Assembly (NCBI GenBank): GCA_963703345.1
Contig: OY969814.1
Coordinates: 1,024,001-1,088,000, forward strand
DNA from: an uncultured Chloroflexia bacterium
GTDB taxonomy: Bacteria > Chloroflexota > Dehalococcoidia > DSTF01 > JALHUB01
Length of the DNA: 64,000 nt
Reading direction: 5' to 3'
Below, piece by piece: positions 59,064 through 64,000 of this stretch (position 1 is its first letter; every line of letters starts with the position of its first letter). The notes beneath the pieces are model-generated. The model searched no databases, was not told the DNA's origin, and saw nothing but the letters and a program-made list of their open reading frames with translations. A program made the translations under genes and the position numbers.

Positions 59064-60623
59064 CTACGCCGGCGCGTCCTTTGCCCGCTCCTTGTCGATG
59101 AGCTCTCGCCGTAGTATCTTGCCGGTCAGGCTCTTCGGTATGACGTCGATGAATTCCAGTTCGCGCACCTTCTTGTAGGGGGCCACCCTTTCCTCGATGA
59201 ACCCTCGTATCTCCTCGGCACTGGCAGTGGCGCCTGGCCGGAGGACGACGAACGCCTTGGGGAAATCGCTGCCGTCCACCTGGCGCTTGGGGATGACGGC
59301 GGCGTCGAGCACGGCGGGATGGGTCGTGAGGAGGGCCTCGAGCTCAGCGGGAGCTATCTGATAGCCCTTGTACTTTATCAGTTCCTTCTTGCGATCGACG
59401 ATGTGGACGTAGCCGTCCTCGTCGACATAACCGATGTCGCCGGTTCGCAGCCAGCCGTCCTCGGTCAGGGTATCGGCGGTTGCCTGCGGCTGGTTCCAGT
59501 AGCCCTTCATGATCTGCGGCCCCTTCACCAGAAGCTCTCCCTCCTTTCCCGCTGGCAGCTCTTCGTCGGTGTCCAGGTCAACCACCTTCTCCAGAGTGTC
59601 GGAAACGGGAGCGCCCACGGCGTCAAGCTTGATCATGTGGATAATCTGGGTGTTGATGAGGGGGCTGGTCTCGGTCAGGCCGTAGCCATTGATTAGGGGG
59701 CAGTTGAAGGCTCGGGTGGCCTGCTCGGCCAGTTCCAACGGCAGGGGCGCGGCCCCGGAATAAATGAAGCGCAGAGACGACTTGTCGTATTGGGAGAAGC
59801 TGGGATGATTCAGCATGATGAGCAGGGCAGGAGGAACGGTGAACACGTCGGTCGCCTTGTACTTCTGGATGAGGGCCAGGATCTGCTCTGGGTTGAAGCC
59901 GGGCACCACTACCTGGGTCCCGCCGCTGGCAAAACCCGCGTTCATAAGCATGTTCATTCCGTAGATGTGAAAGAAAGGCAAGAAGTGGAGCCCGACGCTG
60001 TCGGAACTGGTGTAGCCTACGGCCAGCATTTGGTGGATGTTACTGGTGAGGTTGAAGTGAGTCAGCATGACCCCTTTGGGTAGGCCGGTGGTGCCGCTGG
60101 AGTAGGGGAGGACGGCGAGGTCTTCAACGGGATCGATCTCGACGGGCAGCGGCTCCGGCGGGGTGTCCTTCGCCCATTCCCAGAGGTCCTCCATGCAGTA
60201 GACTCGCTTTACGTTGGGGAGCTTCTCGACGGTCGATTGGGCCACGGGCATCAGAACATGGGCGACAAGAAGAACGACAGCGCCTGAATCCTCGAGTTGG
60301 TGGTGAACCTCTCCTTCCTTGTACATGGAGTTCAGAGTGGTCGCAACGGCACCGGCGCGAAGGATGCCCTGTACGGCGACGAGGTACTCGGGACAGTTGG
60401 GGGAAAAGATGCCCACGCGGTCCCCCTTGACTACACCCTCATCCTGAAGAAAGCGAGCGACCTTCTTCGACCAGTGAATTATCTGCCCAAAGGTGTGCTC
60501 CTTGCCGTCGGGTGATATCGCGGCCGCCTTGTCCCCGAACCCGGCGCCACAAGCTTCCAGGAAGTGGGCCAGGTTCATCTTGGGATAGGGCTCCAGGGTC
60601 ATCCAGGGACTTGTGATGGGCAT
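59064..60623 (-). CDS. Acyl-CoA synthetase (4-coumarate-CoA-ligase-like AMP-binding protein)
   Basis: YSSGTTGLPKG, GYGLTE, GWLRTGDIG, DRKKELIKYKG and GKILRR motifs. Confidence 0.95.
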   Translation of the reverse strand: MPITSPWMTLEPYPKMNLAHFLEACGAGFGDKAAAISPDGKEHTFGQIIHWSKKVARFLQDEGVVKGDRVGIFSPNCPEYLVAVQGILRAGAVATTLNSMYKEGEVHHQLEDSGAVVLLVAHVLMPVAQSTVEKLPNVKRVYCMEDLWEWAKDTPPEPLPVEIDPVEDLAVLPYSSGTTGLPKGVMLTHFNLTSNIHQMLAVGYTSSDSVGLHFLPFFHIYGMNMLMNAGFASGGTQVVVPGFNPEQILALIQKYKATDVFTVPPALLIMLNHPSFSQYDKSSLRFIYSGAAPLPLELAEQATRAFNCPLINGYGLTETSPLINTQIIHMIKLDAVGAPVSDTLEKVVDLDTDEELPAGKEGELLVKGPQIMKGYWNQPQATADTLTEDGWLRTGDIGYVDEDGYVHIVDRKKELIKYKGYQIAPAELEALLTTHPAVLDAAVIPKRQVDGSDFPKAFVVLRPGATASAEEIRGFIEERVAPYKKVRELEFIDVIPKSLTGKILRRELIDKERAKDAPA

Positions 60624-61044
60624 TGTCTTTCCCCTTCTGAAGAGGTATCTCCTCCGGAATTCCGCATTTCAACGTGGCGAGCCGGAAATTGGGACTGCTC
60701 CCGACTGATGAGATACTACTCTGAGCTGAATACCGCATCAACCTTCCTCTTTGCCAATGAGAGGAGAGTTCCTTTGCCCCTCCTATCGTGACCTGCGTCC
60801 TAGACCCTCTGTGTGCCAGGCATATCGCCCTAAGCGCCGTGTTAGCGCATGCCACAAACGGCCAGCGGCGCGAGCGAAAGCACGCAGTTGTCGTCTGAAA
60901 ACAAGCTCCTTGACACAGCGTTGCGGCGGGCCTCGGCACGAGTAGGGGAAGCGTCATCAATTGCGCCACGACGTTGTGGCACACCCCTCCGCGGTCCCGG
61001 CCCTTCCTGATGCTCCGCCTTCCACACGGTGGCCATTGGCGCCG

Positions 61045-61079
61045 TTGACGCGCCCGACGGATGCCCCTACAATCGCCGC
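61045..61079 (+). promoter_or_regulatory. Sigma70-like promoter, repeat copy 1
   Basis: TTGACG-17bp-TACAAT; 32/35 identical to 61879-61913. Confidence 0.7.
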
Positions 61080-61138
61080 GACGAGCGTTTTGCATGGAAT
61101 GTTGGCTCGACCTCGGGGCCGGTCAGGGGACTCGCAGG

Positions 61139-61846
61139 ATGCCGCTATTCTCGAAGAAGCCAGAGGTCAACCTGGAGACCTTCTGCTCCGAGTTCTTCGA
61201 TTCGCAGATTCTCGCCCCGGTGATCGCAGGGGTAGATGGTGCCGTTTTCGTAGAAACCCTCTTGGAATCCGTTGGAAGCGCTGATCCTTCGTTCGGGCGC
61301 GCGACTTTGCCCGCTTTTCGACGAGAAATCAACGCGCTCCACACCGAACTGTTCGGCCTCGCGTTTGACTTAGTCGTGAAGAAGGCTCCTCTTTGTTTGA
61401 AGGTGAGTGCCTGGACCAAGCGGTACCTTGAGGAAAAGGGCGCAACTGACATGTGGGCGGGTGCCGAGGTGTACAATCAGACGATTGCACGTTCCAGCCA
61501 TGAGATCTTTCAGCGGGAGCGAATTCGAAGGGCGAACATCACCTTCTTGAACTCATTCCGCTTTAGAAGCGCAAAGAAATGGTACGAAGCCGCCACCGCG
61601 GCTGATGCCTCGTTCGCCGGAACAGATCCAGAATGCATGGTTCGTGTCGCGAACCGTTTAGGCACTGAGGTGGCTTGGAGGAAGGGAATCACTCTCGCCA
61701 TGCTGGTAGGTACGTTGCTTCAGCAACTCGGAGTCGAAGTGAATGCCGAGGCGCGCTTCCGCCTTCAGACTATCGTGTCCGGTCTGTACGAAGGCGCTCG
61801 GGAGACTGTTGCGTCAGTGTCCTTCGATGTCCCTCGTGGGGGATAA
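61139..61846 (+). CDS. Hypothetical protein
   Basis: 235-aa ORF with natural composition downstream of a promoter; no recognised motif. Confidence 0.7.
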   Translation: MPLFSKKPEVNLETFCSEFFDSQILAPVIAGVDGAVFVETLLESVGSADPSFGRATLPAFRREINALHTELFGLAFDLVVKKAPLCLKVSAWTKRYLEEKGATDMWAGAEVYNQTIARSSHEIFQRERIRRANITFLNSFRFRSAKKWYEAATAADASFAGTDPECMVRVANRLGTEVAWRKGITLAMLVGTLLQQLGVEVNAEARFRLQTIVSGLYEGARETVASVSFDVPRGG

Positions 61847-61878
61847 TCAGTGCGTGCGAATGGCACAAGATAGGGGCA

Positions 61879-61913
61879 TTGACGCGCCCGGCGGACGCCC
61901 CTACAATCACCGC
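61879..61913 (+). promoter_or_regulatory. Sigma70-like promoter, repeat copy 2
   Basis: TTGACG-17bp-TACAAT. Confidence 0.65.
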
Positions 61914-62053
61914 ATTGCCAGCCTGCTTACCACGGCCAGCATCATCGCCTCGGGCCGCCCGCGGCGCATCGGTGCTCATCTGATCCGCCGACAACTCTAC
62001 AAGCAAACCAGCCGCATCATTCGCAAGATCAAATAGCGAAGGGCGGTTGCCGC

Positions 62054-62080
62054 TGTGGGGTGGCAAAACTCCATCCGTAT
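62054..62080. mobile_element. Solo terminal IR of the same IS family
   Basis: TGTGGGGTGGCAAAACTCCATCCGTAT. Confidence 0.6.
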
Positions 62081-62552
62081 GGGCAGCGCCAGCAGGTCTC
62101 ACGCGGATCGACCTTGTGGTCCAGGTACACCCACCCGCCGCAATGGGCACAGCGGCGGCACCTGATACTAGGCACACGCGACAAGCTCACTCTCCAAGCT
62201 TAGGAATTGCCCATTTTTTCGCGCAAGACGCCGATTATGAAGGTGCCCCGTCGGGGGAGCCCGGAGGTAAACAGGCTCGTTGCGGCCAGCGGCGGCCAAG
62301 AGCAAGAATCACGCCAGCACACCCCAGCGGGGCCATAGCAGGAATGGGGCAGAGAAGGCACGCGCGGATTGGCGTCACGATGTTCGGGTCGTGTGTGTTG
62401 AAGGGCGTAACGGTGAGCGCTAGATCTGCCAGTACACTTCGTAAAGCCACAGGGGTTCTCGAAGCCGCGCAGCGCACCGTAGCGTCTTGCAGCTTGATGG
62501 GCCGCGCATCATGATGCAATCGAAGATTCGCCAAGGTCAGGGGGAAACTGGC

Positions 62553-64000
62553 TTGAACAGCGGCAGCCGGGGTTTTCGTAGCGCCATCCGCACCATCTGG
62601 GGCCGCCGCCACAAGCAGGGGGTCGAGCCGGCACGGAGCGGCGACGACCTGCCACCGCTGCGCGCCGAGCTGCTCAGCCTCGAGCAGCTTAAGGGCCACG
62701 CGAAAGAGCTTGCGGCGAGGCACGCCGTCGAGGAGAAGCGGGGGCCGGATCTTCTGCTCCCACAGCTCAATGAGAACGAGCGTGTCCTCCTCAATGCCTA
62801 CCGGCTCATGACGGACGAGGGGGAAGAACAGGTTCGTGTCACTCCGGCCGCCGAGTGGCTGCGCGACAACTTCTACCTTATCGAGGAGCAAATACGGGCC
62901 GCGCGGGCCCACCTGCCCAAGGGGTACAGTCAGGAGCTCCCCCGCCTGCTGGGCGGCACCTCGGCCGGCTACCCCGTCGTCTACGCCATCGCCTTAGAGC
63001 TTGTCTCCCACGGAGACGGGCGCGTCGACGCGGGCAGTCTGAGCGCTTTCGTCTCTGCCTACCAGGCAATCAGACCGCTAAAGTTGGGCGAGCTTTGGGC
63101 GATTCCGATCATGCTGCGCCTGGCGCTGATTAACAACCTTCGCCGCGTCGCGGCTCGCATCGCCGCCGACCGACTCGCGCGCAACCAGGCGAACCATTGG
63201 GCCGACCGGATGATCGAGGTGGCGGGGAAAGAGCCGACGAGCCTGATCCTCACCCTAGCGGACATGGCGCGGTCCCGGCCGCAGATGTCCAGTGCCTTTG
63301 TAGCTGAACTCGCCCGCCGGCTCCAGGGCCAAGGCCCCGCGCAGGCGATGCCGCTTACCTGGCTGGAGCAACGGCTCACCGAGATGAGCCTGACGATCGA
63401 GCGGCTGATCCAGCTTGAGGGCCAGCAGCAAGCAGAGGGCCAGGTTTCGATCAGCAACAGTATCGGCAGCCTCCGCTTCCTCGACGCCACCGACTGGCGT
63501 GAGTTCGTGGAGACGATGAGTGTCGTCGAGGACACGCTCCGTGACGACCCGGCCGGCGTCTACAGTCAGATGGACTTCGCCACGCGCGACCGCTACCGGC
63601 ACGTCGTCGAACGCGCGGCCCGCCGAGGCGGCCTCGCGGAGCGAGAGGTGGCGCAGAAAGCGGTGGACTTGGCAGCGGCCGCGCGGACGCAGGCCGGCTC
63701 CCAGGACCGGACGGCCCACGTCGGCTACTACCTGATCGACCGGGGCGTCCCGCTTTTCGAGCGCGCCGCTCAGGTCCGCCTCTCGCCCCTTGAGCGACTT
63801 CGGCGAGCGGCAGGCCGCATACCCCTGCTCCTCTACCTCGGTTCGATCTGGCTGATCGCCGCGACCGTAACGTTCGCGGTGCTGGTGCAGGCCATGGCCT
63901 TCGGTACCCGGGGCTGGGGGCTGCTACCGCTCGGCGCGCTCATCCTCCTTTGCGCCAGCTCGCTCGGGATCGCAGTCGTGAACTGGCTGGCGACGATTCT
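62553..64000 (+). CDS. ndvB: Cyclic beta-1,2-glucan synthase (NdvB/ChvB-like), N-terminal part
   Basis: Not in the ORF track (no stop in the window). TPAAEWLRDNFYLIEEQ, LKLGELWAIPIMLR and DPAGVYSQMDFATRDRYRH motifs. Start TTG 62553 or ATG 62511. Confidence 0.88.
   Translation, partial: MNSGSRGFRSAIRTIWGRRHKQGVEPARSGDDLPPLRAELLSLEQLKGHAKELAARHAVEEKRGPDLLLPQLNENERVLLNAYRLMTDEGEEQVRVTPAAEWLRDNFYLIEEQIRAARAHLPKGYSQELPRLLGGTSAGYPVVYAIALELVSHGDGRVDAGSLSAFVSAYQAIRPLKLGELWAIPIMLRLALINNLRRVAARIAADRLARNQANHWADRMIEVAGKEPTSLILTLADMARSRPQMSSAFVAELARRLQGQGPAQAMPLTWLEQRLTEMSLTIERLIQLEGQQQAEGQVSISNSIGSLRFLDATDWREFVETMSVVEDTLRDDPAGVYSQMDFATRDRYRHVVERAARRGGLAEREVAQKAVDLAAAARTQAGSQDRTAHVGYYLIDRGVPLFERAAQVRLSPLERLRRAAGRIPLLLYLGSIWLIAATVTFAVLVQAMAFGTRGWGLLPLGALILLCASSLGIAVVNWLATI

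Overview
GC-rich bacterial window; the gene content suggests Chloroflexota/Dehalococcoidia, but this is inference only. It looks like a high-plasticity, decaying accessory region. There is no intact tRNA, no rRNA, no CRISPR array and no site-specific integrase gene. There are about ten tRNA fragments: a promoter-linked tRNA-Pro 5' half, three identical tRNA-Pro(GGG) 3' halves, three tRNA-Gly 3' halves, Val and Arg fragments, and a possible Ser-like end. Several sit inside repeated, structured units that bracket gene cassettes. The cassettes include a CoA-activase/dehydratase pair and a methyltransferase-like + SPL-like radical SAM + ParB + small protein + AbiEi/AbiEii module. The middle has a membrane cyclase-STAND-TPR gene, a nested multi-beta-propeller surface protein and one complete rve-type IS with a MITE and several end remnants. 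The right part holds acyl-CoA catabolic clusters (one bbs-like), disrupted WD40 and DUF4062-NACHT genes, two GGDEF/HD-GYP proteins and the start of a cyclic beta-1,2-glucan synthase. All family assignments come from motifs recognised by eye; no database search was run.
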